64,000 nt of DNA, taken from positions 5,668 to 69,667 of IMG/VR virus record IMGVR_UViG_3300020583_000015, one strand, 5' to 3'. Positions 26,214 to 35,879 of the stretch are shown piece after piece. The notes beneath the pieces were generated by a model, which saw only the letters and a program-made list of their open reading frames with translations, was not told where the DNA came from and did not search any database. The position numbers and the translations under genes were made by a program. Numbering within the stretch: position 1 is the first letter of the stretch; each line of letters starts with the position of its first letter. The DNA comes from a virus.

Positions 26214-27125
26214 TTAGGTTGCTGGAACAAACATGCCATGCATCTTTTCCGCAGCCGTTTTACGCTTGGTAATATAGTCCATTGCGGACTCAAGCGGAGG
26301 GTTCTGCGGTGTGGATGTTCGATCGACATTCGGAGAGTTGGGTGTCATTGGTGTGGAACTCAACACTTCGGTTTTGATCGTCAGGCCTGCTTGCTTTCCA
26401 GCCGCACGAATAGACTGGACAATTTTTCGTGCATCTTCAGTAGCTTCGTTGACGCTGGTTTTGTAGAACTTCACGTAATCGGAGGTGTTCTTGATTTTAC
26501 CGCTGTCATGGGCTACTTGAATTTTTGCCGCAGCCTTTGAGGCAATAAGTTCTTCCAAAGGCAGAAGCTCAGCATTCTTGCTGCGAAGGTCGGCTACAAA
26601 GTCAGAAATTTCTCGCTCAACTCTCATGGACTCAACAGCCTCAGACCGCGCCTGACTAGAGGCACGTCGGGCTGCTTCATTGGCTTGAAGATCAAACGCT
26701 TCTTTGATCTTGCCTTCACGAATGAGGTTAAGCCATTGGGTCTCAACAGGATCTGTCGATCCCGGCAATTCAGGAGCCTTCGGAGGCTCAGTGAGCTTTG
26801 AGAGGAGCTCTGTCATCCTTCCAAGGGAGGCTTCCACAGAAGCCAAACGGTCCTCAGTCGGAGGTGTGGCGGAGGTTACAACAACATCGCCAGCAGGAGG
26901 TGCAGCAGGGTCCGCGTTCGCTGCGGCCTGATTATCTGGCTGATCCTCGGTGGACGTTGGAGTCCCTCCATAAAGTTCCTGGTACTTAGCAGCAATCGCT
27001 GCACGGTCAGTCACCTGAGAGGGGTTGGCGTTGTTAGGAGGAGCAGTCTGGCCAGAATCGATCTGGGACGTGGGTGTTGCGGGCTGACCCGTAGTATCGG
27101 GGTTAACGATGGGAGATGTTGCCAT
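26214..27125 (-). CDS. Scaffolding protein
   Basis: Pro/acidic disordered N-terminus, helical core, DYITKRK C-terminal capsid-binding-type motif; directly upstream of the capsid gene. Confidence 0.75.
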   Translation of the reverse strand: MATSPIVNPDTTGQPATPTSQIDSGQTAPPNNANPSQVTDRAAIAAKYQELYGGTPTSTEDQPDNQAAANADPAAPPAGDVVVTSATPPTEDRLASVEASLGRMTELLSKLTEPPKAPELPGSTDPVETQWLNLIREGKIKEAFDLQANEAARRASSQARSEAVESMRVEREISDFVADLRSKNAELLPLEELIASKAAAKIQVAHDSGKIKNTSDYVKFYKTSVNEATEDARKIVQSIRAAGKQAGLTIKTEVLSSTPMTPNSPNVDRTSTPQNPPLESAMDYITKRKTAAEKMHGMFVPAT

Positions 27126-27133
27126 AAAAGTAA

Positions 27134-27159
27134 GTACCTACAGAATACCACACCCTAGG
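27134..27159 (-). promoter_or_regulatory. Putative late promoter upstream of scaffold/capsid
   Basis: The minus strand reads CCTAGGGTGTGGTATTCTGTAG, sharing TAGGGTGTGGT with the 13.6 kb site. Confidence 0.4.
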
Positions 27160-27475
27160 AGCCGGGTGCTGTTATATTTACGCCGAAAGACTTAAGAGCA
27201 TCAAGGCTCCTGCCGCCCCTCCGAAGGATATCCTCCACCAACTCCACCACAAACGCCAAGCCATAAGCCCGGCCTGCGAGCTGAGCGACTGTCACAACCT
27301 GACCATGAGCGTCAGTTGGGGCGTTGCCAAGGGTCGCCTGAACAAGCTGGCCTTCAAAGGTAGCTTTCGCTTTGAGAAGTGCTGGCTTCAGGGTTTCTGT
27401 CCAAGCGATGTGGTCTAGCAGGTTCTGGAGATCTTCTGCCCTGGCGACGTTTTCTACTGCGGAGTTGACATTCAT
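27155..27475 (-). CDS. Small portal-scaffold-linked protein (Bbp19-like position)
   Basis: L..LL....W...L.P.L...G.A..L..V pattern typical of the gene between portal and scaffold. Confidence 0.55.
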   Translation of the reverse strand: MNVNSAVENVARAEDLQNLLDHIAWTETLKPALLKAKATFEGQLVQATLGNAPTDAHGQVVTVAQLAGRAYGLAFVVELVEDILRRGGRSLDALKSFGVNITAPGS

Positions 27476-27484
27476 AAGAGTGCG

Positions 27485-30400
27485 TTAGTTTGTGTCGGAT
27501 TCAGCTACACTGTTAGCAAGCACATTACCGCTGGAGTCCTTGATGCGGTAGCTCCAGGGGGTGGTGCCGGTTGGGGTGTAGACGGTGATGGGGGCACAAG
27601 CCGGACTACAGGCGCTAGAGGCCATGAAGTTAGTGGCTGAGCCATATCGAAGCTCAAGCGTCGCAGCCGAAGGCGGGGTGTTAGCCCCGTTCCAGCCACT
27701 AATTGTTCGGGTTTTGAAGGTCCCACAGCTATTGGTGAAGGTGATGACATGTGGGTTTGGTTGAAGACCTCCCTCGTGATAGACTGTGTAGACGTTGGCG
27801 CTAGTCTTGATGATCGGTTGATCTGGACACCAAGTGCCAATAAGCCCACTCAGGTCGATTGTGCGGGTGGAGGGGGTCATGCCGCTGATAGTGGCAACGA
27901 TTGTGGAGCTGCTGACTTGAGCCAACTCCCCTGGACCACCACTAAGTTTAAGGCCGTTGAAGGTCTGAGTTGAGCTGTCAAACACATCCAGCACAACCAA
28001 CCCGCCACTTGTGGTGTAGGTGTAGAAGCTGCCGCCTGCCGCAGGCACACACTCAGTTGAGCTAACCGGACTGGTTGTTACGACCTGAACTCCACAAGCT
28101 GGGTTTGTGATGGTTCGGCTCGGAACGGAGCTCTTAAGATACGGCCCAAACACTGTAGTGAAGCTTCCGCTGTCGTTGACCTTCAGGATTGCCACGCGCT
28201 CTCGGAAACAAGGTATCACACTTCCGCTAGTGTAGGAACCGCTGAGTCCGCTAAAGTCTCCGTTGTTAGTTTTGAAAGTCACAACATTCCCGCTGACTGC
28301 GCTGACGCTAGGTCCAACATTCCCAACCCCGTTACAGCTTGCATTGGAGTTGACATTCCCGCTTCCAACAAACCCGCTTGTTGAGGCTTGATCCCCGACA
28401 ACGTAGTTGTGGGAGTTTGCAGCAAAGGTGATTTGGAGGTGGGTTGCGTCAGCAGCCACCGCGTTGGTGATGCCGCCTCCAGACTGGGTAAGGGTCTGCG
28501 CGGCTTTGTATTGGCTATCAGTAATAGAGTCTTCACACATATGACCCCACCCTGCCACCGCATATTGGGCTCCGCTTGTCCCACGAACAATCCAGATGTC
28601 ACTGTTGATGCCGTTACCCGCGAGGTTCGGCATGTTTTGGCCCTTCACGTTGAACGCCTGAATACCGCTTCCAAGACCTGTAGCAGTGCCCGCACTTGGA
28701 AACACGCTAGGAGGAGCTGCTGGACCTTCGCTTACGCACTGGGTTGTGTGGGTTGCGTCAGTCACAGGGGTTACGTTCCCGCTAGGTGTGGTGACGCTTG
28801 TACTGTCATACAGCAGGTTGAATTGGATTGTTTTGCTTGCGCCAGCGTTTGTTCCGGAAGGAAAAGTGTCATACACACCAAACAGCGGGAACGCTGGGTT
28901 TCCGTTTGTTAGGACCACACACCTTTTCCAAACGGTTGTGTCGGAGTTGGTGTAGGTTTGGCAACTGTAGGAGCTGTAAGTGAAGTTCAACACTTCTGTC
29001 TGGGCGGTTGCTCCAACAGCCGCGAAGTTTGTGGAAGAGCTGCCCCCGGCTGTCTGGACTGGGTCGTACATACTGGTTGGGGCTCCGTACCAAGGATACG
29101 AGGCGTTTTGGGTGTTGGAGGTGAATTCACTGCTGTAGATGAGGGCGCTGTGGCAAATCCGTCCTGGGCAATCAGGCTGATAGATATTGCTGCTGAGGTC
29201 CACAACCAGCGGAACATTGTGGAAGTAGCTAACAAACGAACCTCGGTCAGCCTGCGCATGGTCGCTATAGAACTCCCCATTCAAAACCATGTACCAATTC
29301 TCGTGGGTTGAGTTCTGATTAAAGCGTCCTGCTGTATAGTAGCCTGGGGCGTTGTAGGTTGAGAGGGTTGGCATCCCAGGGTTTGTGAGGGTTGTGTCGA
29401 TCGAGATGATTGGTGGCCCAAAGAAAGAATTGAAGTTCAGAAGCGTTGGGGTATTTTGATTGTACCAACTTCCCATGTCAGTATTAGTCCCGTAGAGACT
29501 TGCAAGGAACCCTGGTTGCTGAACAGCGGTGTAGGTGGCTTCGCCAATTGCAGGCAGCTTCCGGACATTCCCCCACCGTGGGTCAGGCGGAGCAATATAG
29601 TTTGAAAGGAAGTTGTAGTATAGCGGTAGCGTTGGGTAGCTACTGGAGTTGAATCCCGCAAGATTCTGATTCAGTGCAAGCAGATTCAGGAATGTTTGGT
29701 CGTTTGTGCCAAGGTAAGAAGCGCTTGAAGCGCCAGTCCCGGACCCGTTGATTGTTGCTTGCACAACCTGTTGGTTGGTAGTGAGGGCATTCGCGGTGTA
29801 TTTACCGATGTAGGGATGGGACGGAAAGAACGTCGCGGCCTTCGAAACCAGACTGTTGTAACCGTTGGTCTGATTAAAGGTTCCGCCTTGATCCCCGCAC
29901 ACACAAACCCCGTTTGGAAACAGCGGTGTGAAGTTCGGATCAACAATCAACGATCCAATCCAGCCCGCGTAGTTTTTGAAGGAGGTCTTTTGGGTACCTG
30001 AAATGAAGGATGTTTGGAGCGCGTAAGCTGCGTTGGCGATGTGTTGACCAGCGAAGTTTAGCAGCTCAGACCCAAAGCAATTCCCGTCGTAGATACCGTC
30101 GTACTCGGCAATTCCAACTCCACAATCCTGGACTTTTGGAATGAGGCTTGACAAAATCGCGTCAAGACATCCAGAAGCTTGACTTACAAAACAAGTCAGG
30201 ATGTTTGCGCTGTAGCTGTCTCCGGTTAGGCTGACTGTGCTGTCTACAATTGTTTTAAAGCCTGCAACATTGTTTTTGTAGTTGTTCGCGATTGTTGCAA
30301 GATGCGCGGTTGGGATATACGGGGACTGGAACCCTCCAGCCGGGTCTGGGAAGTTCAGCAGGTTCCAACTGTATTGTTCTGTAAGGCTAATGCCAGCAGT

Positions 30401-32794
30401 GTGGTTTTGTTCAAGACTCACTGCGTTGGCGGTTTGGGGGTTCGCAACTGTGATACCAGCCTTTGTGCCACTCCAGATCCCAAACTGACGATGGTTGTTT
30501 GGAGCAAAGGTTGGGATGTTCGCGGCACAATTCGCAATCACAGGAGCGGTGTTAGTTTGCTGATAGCATGGCATACTAACAAAATAAATCGCCGCACCCT
30601 GGGCACTTGTTGAAAATAGGTTGTTTGAGGTTTGCCACCCCATAACATCCGCCACGGCATTCAACTGGACTCCAGCTTTACCTGTGTACATTGCAACTGC
30701 TGGTGCCCCACTAGACGCAGATGCATTAAAAAGCTGTTGCCAATTCCCGCCTGTGTTGGAGGAATTCCAAACACTCAGCGGATCGCGGCTTCCGCCTCCG
30801 CACCCAGCGGTAACAATTGTCCCAGTGTAGCTGATGGTTTCTGTGTAGGTTGTAAGGCGACTTTGGTTGTTAGAGGTATTTGGAATTATGTAGCTAGCGC
30901 TGTTGGCGTTGTAAGTGCCGCCTGTGGTGTTGGCGTTCACACTCAGTGTGTTGCTGTCAACCACTGTGTAGGAGAGTCCACTTGCGTTGAGGGCTGTGAT
31001 TGCGCCTGTGCCTGTTGCACCGCTAACTGTGAGGGCTCCTCCAACACCATTCAAGCTGTGGTTTGGAGCTGTCACAAGCGTTGGGTTTCCGACTGTGACG
31101 GCTGTGATTGTTTGGGGTCCCCACACCCCACACCCATTGTTTGGAAGCCCGTCAGTGCGGCGTTGGATGGTGTCAGGCGGCGAAGCTCCCCACGTCCCAT
31201 ACACATCCCACATATGCCCGATGTTCATTCCACCATCATCGATGTCAACCAAAAAACTACTTTGGTTAGCATACATTGTGAAAGTCATGGTGTATTTGGC
31301 GGAAGTGGTGGCGACAGAACCAGCTAGGTTACTAATGCCAGACTTGGTGTATACAGGCCTGTTGAGGGTGTAGGTTGTTTGGATGGTAGTTTTGCCGGGG
31401 CCAAAATCTATATAAAACAACTGATAGTTTGTGGCCATCATCAACTTCACCGGCAGGCTGTTGCTGCCGTTCATGTTATCAAGTGCGCTACCAGAGGTTG
31501 AGCCGGAGGTCTCGCCCTGCCAAAGCCGACCACCTGTCGCAACCCAATTACCGTTTGTAAGACGGAAGCCCTGAAACGCATCGACACTCAAGTCAGCGTT
31601 GATGATGGTGAGATTGGGGTTGTTGGTCGTGTTGTAGGTGTCGTTTGAAAGCCCGCTTTGACCGGTGACTGTGAAGGTGTTGGTTGTGACACTTGCGAGT
31701 GTGAAGACCCCACACGGTCCAAAGTTGCTATTTGCGTAGGAGGTCGCACAGCCACTGATGGAGATTGTATTGCCGCCACTCAGTCCATGCCCCGCAACTG
31801 TACAAACAATTGTTTGGGTTGGGGCACTACCACTAATTACACAAGACGGATTGCCGTTTGAGGCATTGAAGGTTTTGGTGGGGTTGGTTTGTTGAGCAAC
31901 TCGGATTGCCACAAGCCCGTTGTCGCAGGTTATATAAGACGCACTGGTTGTACAAACAATCGGATTGGTGAAGGTTGCAGTTGGGGTTGTGAGACTCTGG
32001 AGCGTGTGCGTCCAATCAAAGATAACTTTGTTGAGGGCGTTGTTGATATTGTCAAGACCAGTAATTGCCGAGCCCCCGACTGTCGCGGATATCTGAAACG
32101 TTCCTGCCCCAACATTCAGGTTTGTGACGTAGTAGTTTGTGTCGGCAGTCAGCTGCGAGGGGATTGTTCCCTCAAACTGAATCGGATCTCGGTTCGCTAG
32201 GTAGGTTGCGACAGTTGGAGCGGTAAAGACATTCGACGCGACTTGGAAGCCTGTGTAGGTGAGGCTTGGTAACGACACCGCACAATTGGTTGTGGTGAGG
32301 GCACTTCCACCGGGAGTCGCGCTAAACGACAGCGAAAGATATGGTGAGCCTCCGCTTGGCACCAGCGTGTAGTTCTTAACAAAGTAATCGTCTGTATCTG
32401 TTAGGCCGCAAGGCGCGCTACTGGATGGCACACTGAGGCGTACAAGTTGGTTGACTGGAAAGCTATATTCGTAGCCTGGCCACTGGATACTTGTTGAGCT
32501 TGGGGTGATTGGAGTGCCAGCAGCCTGATAGGTTGTGTAGACAGTTGAGGCCGGAAGATGACAAGGAAACGCAATATAACCATTTCGAAGGAGCTGAAAG
32601 GGTTCCTGATCAACTCCGTTTGGCGCAAGCAGTGCTGTTGTAGAAAGCGTCAGCTTTGCGCCTGTGTAGGGAACTTCGCACATTTGGTTTGTGTGAAACA
32701 CCCCTACCAACTCCTTCAACTCAAACGTCGCAAGAGTTGATTGGGCAAACGTCAGTGAAGTTAGGCCAAACAACAATCCTAGAAGTTTTTTCAT
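27485..32794 (-). CDS. Very large secreted-type spike/fibre protein with heparinase II/III-like lyase region
   Basis: Likely start MKKLLGLLFGLTSLTFA|Q at 32794. Repeated beta modules (TVAGHGLSGGNTISISG; TAPNHSL; NSHNYVVGDQ). SDHAQADRGSF....VPLVVD and WKRCVVL resemble heparinase II/III C-terminal motifs. Confidence 0.65.
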   Translation of the reverse strand: MKKLLGLLFGLTSLTFAQSTLATFELKELVGVFHTNQMCEVPYTGAKLTLSTTALLAPNGVDQEPFQLLRNGYIAFPCHLPASTVYTTYQAAGTPITPSSTSIQWPGYEYSFPVNQLVRLSVPSSSAPCGLTDTDDYFVKNYTLVPSGGSPYLSLSFSATPGGSALTTTNCAVSLPSLTYTGFQVASNVFTAPTVATYLANRDPIQFEGTIPSQLTADTNYYVTNLNVGAGTFQISATVGGSAITGLDNINNALNKVIFDWTHTLQSLTTPTATFTNPIVCTTSASYITCDNGLVAIRVAQQTNPTKTFNASNGNPSCVISGSAPTQTIVCTVAGHGLSGGNTISISGCATSYANSNFGPCGVFTLASVTTNTFTVTGQSGLSNDTYNTTNNPNLTIINADLSVDAFQGFRLTNGNWVATGGRLWQGETSGSTSGSALDNMNGSNSLPVKLMMATNYQLFYIDFGPGKTTIQTTYTLNRPVYTKSGISNLAGSVATTSAKYTMTFTMYANQSSFLVDIDDGGMNIGHMWDVYGTWGASPPDTIQRRTDGLPNNGCGVWGPQTITAVTVGNPTLVTAPNHSLNGVGGALTVSGATGTGAITALNASGLSYTVVDSNTLSVNANTTGGTYNANSASYIIPNTSNNQSRLTTYTETISYTGTIVTAGCGGGSRDPLSVWNSSNTGGNWQQLFNASASSGAPAVAMYTGKAGVQLNAVADVMGWQTSNNLFSTSAQGAAIYFVSMPCYQQTNTAPVIANCAANIPTFAPNNHRQFGIWSGTKAGITVANPQTANAVSLEQNHTAGISLTEQYSWNLLNFPDPAGGFQSPYIPTAHLATIANNYKNNVAGFKTIVDSTVSLTGDSYSANILTCFVSQASGCLDAILSSLIPKVQDCGVGIAEYDGIYDGNCFGSELLNFAGQHIANAAYALQTSFISGTQKTSFKNYAGWIGSLIVDPNFTPLFPNGVCVCGDQGGTFNQTNGYNSLVSKAATFFPSHPYIGKYTANALTTNQQVVQATINGSGTGASSASYLGTNDQTFLNLLALNQNLAGFNSSSYPTLPLYYNFLSNYIAPPDPRWGNVRKLPAIGEATYTAVQQPGFLASLYGTNTDMGSWYNQNTPTLLNFNSFFGPPIISIDTTLTNPGMPTLSTYNAPGYYTAGRFNQNSTHENWYMVLNGEFYSDHAQADRGSFVSYFHNVPLVVDLSSNIYQPDCPGRICHSALIYSSEFTSNTQNASYPWYGAPTSMYDPVQTAGGSSSTNFAAVGATAQTEVLNFTYSSYSCQTYTNSDTTVWKRCVVLTNGNPAFPLFGVYDTFPSGTNAGASKTIQFNLLYDSTSVTTPSGNVTPVTDATHTTQCVSEGPAAPPSVFPSAGTATGLGSGIQAFNVKGQNMPNLAGNGINSDIWIVRGTSGAQYAVAGWGHMCEDSITDSQYKAAQTLTQSGGGITNAVAADATHLQITFAANSHNYVVGDQASTSGFVGSGNVNSNASCNGVGNVGPSVSAVSGNVVTFKTNNGDFSGLSGSYTSGSVIPCFRERVAILKVNDSGSFTTVFGPYLKSSVPSRTITNPACGVQVVTTSPVSSTECVPAAGGSFYTYTTSGGLVVLDVFDSSTQTFNGLKLSGGPGELAQVSSSTIVATISGMTPSTRTIDLSGLIGTWCPDQPIIKTSANVYTVYHEGGLQPNPHVITFTNSCGTFKTRTISGWNGANTPPSAATLELRYGSATNFMASSACSPACAPITVYTPTGTTPWSYRIKDSSGNVLANSVAESDTN

Positions 32795-32795
32795 C

Positions 32796-35700
32796 TTAGA
32801 GCGCTTCAACCTTGATATGCAACTCATACACCATTGTTGTACCGGTTGAACTGTAGCCAAAGGCGTATGTCACGCCAACCCCAGTCTTAGCATAAATCAC
32901 CGCGCTTCCAGTGAGGGTAGCTTGGGTGGTGTTGGTGGTGTTGCCGGTCCCGACGGATAAGGCTGTTCCGGCTTGGTTGTCTTCAGGGAGCGTGAATGCA
33001 GTTTGAGCAACGCTATCAGTGCCGTCTGTGTAGGCTAGCACGAGGCCTGTTGTGCCCCCAAGAATTGAGCTTGTCCCCGCTGTTGTGACCTTCGCGTAGT
33101 AGCTAACTCGGTAGAGTTGGGTGGCGGCTGGAGTCCAAAGAGCAGTAGCGCTAATTGCTGCTGATTGAGTTGTGAGGTCGATTGAGGCAATCGAGCCAAC
33201 AAGTTTGTTGGTAGTGGATAGAACTGGTGTGTAGCCGATTGTGTTGTTGATGTTGTATTTGATGCAAGCCAGTCCCGGTCCCGCAAGACAAGTCCCAGAG
33301 GTTGTGATGGCAGGGTGTGTGCCAGCAGCTGCATCAAACCATCCAGCCACAGCATCAGTCAGCGCAGCAGGCCCCGCGCCTGTCAGAGACGGATTCCTGA
33401 AACGTATATAATCAAGCCGTGTAACTGTTTGGGCTGTTGCGGCATCCAAATGCGGAATCAAATCAAGCCCGCCAGCCATGCTATCAGCAACAGTCGCGGT
33501 GATAGTTTGTTTTGCCATCAGCGTCAATGCGGCGCTGCTAATAGCTGAAGGATTGTACCCACCTTTACAGTCTGCTCCAATACAAATAGACTGCATGCTG
33601 TTGGAGGTATTAGCTGGGGTTTCGCTAAAGAACTGCAGTCCTGTATTACCGGATGAGTCTTGAATTGAGGTGCGGGCGTTAGAAGGCGTAGCACCTCCAC
33701 TCGCGTCTCCCTGTAAAACTAGGTTTGTGTTGGATTCAAGTCCTGCAAAGTTTGTGTTGTTTGCAGCATTCATAATAAAAACAGTATCACCGGAATTAAC
33801 CCATGTAGCGCGGAAGACCTGATTTCCATTAGGCCCAATGAACTTAAATGGGGTAGCGTTGGAGCCCCACTTTCCGCAAAGCACATCTTGGCTATCGCCG
33901 CCAGTGTAGGAGCTAGTGCCGAAGTTGAACACACAAGAAGTAGAATTAGATGGAGGAGTTGTCGAAAGAGCCAGAAGGCCAGCAGCTGGACTGCTAGAGT
34001 TGGCAAGTGCTTGGAAGGTTGTGCTATTTAGTCGGAGTTGAATTTCAGACCCTGAACCCGCAGGGCTCGCCCCACCCCCAATCGCTGCCCAGGTATTAGT
34101 GGCAGTACAACCTTTAAAGGATGTGCTAGTGGAGTTGAACTCAAACTGCCCGGCTGTACAGGTCCCAGGGTCGCTACTGTGGACTGGGGCAAGAAAATCT
34201 GCTGCGCTGAAGCTTTGGAGGCCGGTTGTCCAGGTGTTGGCGGCGTTTGTACAAACCCCATTCACAACATCAGTACACTGGATGTTGCCAAAGGCCGCAG
34301 CCCCACTCACCCACGCAAGGTACTGGCCGTTAGTGTGGGTGCTTATTGAGGAGGTCGCAAAGTTACTACCCGCCAACAGTATATCCCCTGAGGTTGCAGC
34401 ACTACCGCTAATCCCATAGTAGGGCTTTATCCACTGGCTACTGTTGTTGCGCATTGCGATTGTGTAGTCAGATTGATCGCACGCAAGATCCCCAACACCA
34501 AGGTTCACAGTGAAGAGTGTTGAGCACACAAGCCGAAGTCCGGCCTGACCTGTGACCGCCCCACCCGCCACAGACCACTTCCCAAGGATTGTTTGGTTCC
34601 CGCTCAGGACTGCTGTGTAGGTTGAGTCAACTGTAAAGTTAGTGCCGCTGAGGGTGATGCCGTTTGAGGCGGTGTAGGAGGTTGCGTTTGAGGCAAGACT
34701 CAGGCCATTTGAGGCTGGGGTGATTGTAATACCGCTGCCCGCCACCAATGGCGCTGTCGCAAGATAGTTTGTGCCGTCACTCCACACCTGCGCCCATTGG
34801 TATTGCTGGAGGGTGATGTTGGAGGTGCCACCGTTGATGGTTAGGGTGTTGCGCGCAATCGTCAGCGCGGAAGCATTGAGGTTGAGGATTGTTGCGCACC
34901 AAGGAGCTGCAGGCGCAGGCGCTGGGAGCGTGGCAGTTAGGCTTGCACCATTCTCAGTAACAAGCTTGTTGTTGTCTCCACTCACAAGCGGATAGCTACT
35001 GGTTTGGGCATTCACGCCACCTCCCGCACATCCAATTGACCCGGTACTACCAAGATTCACAGTCACGCCATTGTAGGTGAGGCTTGGGTTGGCGAGGTTT
35101 GCGTTTGGAATGCCAGTCGGCAGATCCCCAGGCTGAATCGCATCATACCCAGGGGCAGCGGTTGAGCCGCTGTTGTTACCCCAATACTTGTGGGCTCCTA
35201 CTGTCGCAAGACTTATTGTGACTGTGCCACTGCTATTGATGTTGTTGATGAGGGTTCCATCACCACTGAAGGTTGTGACGCCAGACCCGCTACCTGACGG
35301 AACTGCCCACGCGCCATCAGCCCTCAGAAAGTTCGCTGTACCGCCACCAGAGCCAGGAACCGTGCCTTGGAGGGTGTTTGTAAAGAGGCTAACTTTTGTG
35401 CCAGCTAACGATGTGATCCAGGTCGGGTTTGCATAGGAGCCAGTTGGTAAAATGATGTTTGCGCCATTCACACCAAGGAACTGCTCAATCGCCTCAATCT
35501 CTAGCGATCTGGTGTTTACATACCAAGCGATGATGTTGGATCGCACGCTAGCGCCGTTGTTGTGGTTGGAGGCGGAGGTGCCCCCAAACCCACGTCCAGA
35601 CGCACAAACCACAAACTGTGTGCCACTTGCGTTACTACAAAGCTGCACATGCTCATTGTCAATTGTAACGACTGTTGGGAACGCAACAAAACTTGAAGTC

Positions 35701-35879
35701 GAAGCAACATTCACAACCAGGTCACTGATGCCCATGTTGCTAGTCAGGGTTGTTGCGGCTTGGTCAGACGCCTTTAGCAGCTGGCTGTCTGTAACAATCG
35801 CGCTTGGGAATTGCGCGGTTTGAGCCAGTAGCGCGGATGTTGCTACCGCAAAAACAAAAAGCTTTCTTATAAGGTTCAT
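32796..35879 (-). CDS. Tail fibre-like protein with N-terminal signal peptide
   Basis: MNLIRKLFVFAVATSALLA|Q; anchor domain paralogous to 19413-21503; fibre motifs GSYANPTWITSLA, FLRADGAWAVP, YTASNGITLSGTNF, GSGSEIQ. Confidence 0.8.
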   Translation of the reverse strand: MNLIRKLFVFAVATSALLAQTAQFPSAIVTDSQLLKASDQAATTLTSNMGISDLVVNVASTSSFVAFPTVVTIDNEHVQLCSNASGTQFVVCASGRGFGGTSASNHNNGASVRSNIIAWYVNTRSLEIEAIEQFLGVNGANIILPTGSYANPTWITSLAGTKVSLFTNTLQGTVPGSGGGTANFLRADGAWAVPSGSGSGVTTFSGDGTLINNINSSGTVTISLATVGAHKYWGNNSGSTAAPGYDAIQPGDLPTGIPNANLANPSLTYNGVTVNLGSTGSIGCAGGGVNAQTSSYPLVSGDNNKLVTENGASLTATLPAPAPAAPWCATILNLNASALTIARNTLTINGGTSNITLQQYQWAQVWSDGTNYLATAPLVAGSGITITPASNGLSLASNATSYTASNGITLSGTNFTVDSTYTAVLSGNQTILGKWSVAGGAVTGQAGLRLVCSTLFTVNLGVGDLACDQSDYTIAMRNNSSQWIKPYYGISGSAATSGDILLAGSNFATSSISTHTNGQYLAWVSGAAAFGNIQCTDVVNGVCTNAANTWTTGLQSFSAADFLAPVHSSDPGTCTAGQFEFNSTSTSFKGCTATNTWAAIGGGASPAGSGSEIQLRLNSTTFQALANSSSPAAGLLALSTTPPSNSTSCVFNFGTSSYTGGDSQDVLCGKWGSNATPFKFIGPNGNQVFRATWVNSGDTVFIMNAANNTNFAGLESNTNLVLQGDASGGATPSNARTSIQDSSGNTGLQFFSETPANTSNSMQSICIGADCKGGYNPSAISSAALTLMAKQTITATVADSMAGGLDLIPHLDAATAQTVTRLDYIRFRNPSLTGAGPAALTDAVAGWFDAAAGTHPAITTSGTCLAGPGLACIKYNINNTIGYTPVLSTTNKLVGSIASIDLTTQSAAISATALWTPAATQLYRVSYYAKVTTAGTSSILGGTTGLVLAYTDGTDSVAQTAFTLPEDNQAGTALSVGTGNTTNTTQATLTGSAVIYAKTGVGVTYAFGYSSTGTTMVYELHIKVEAL

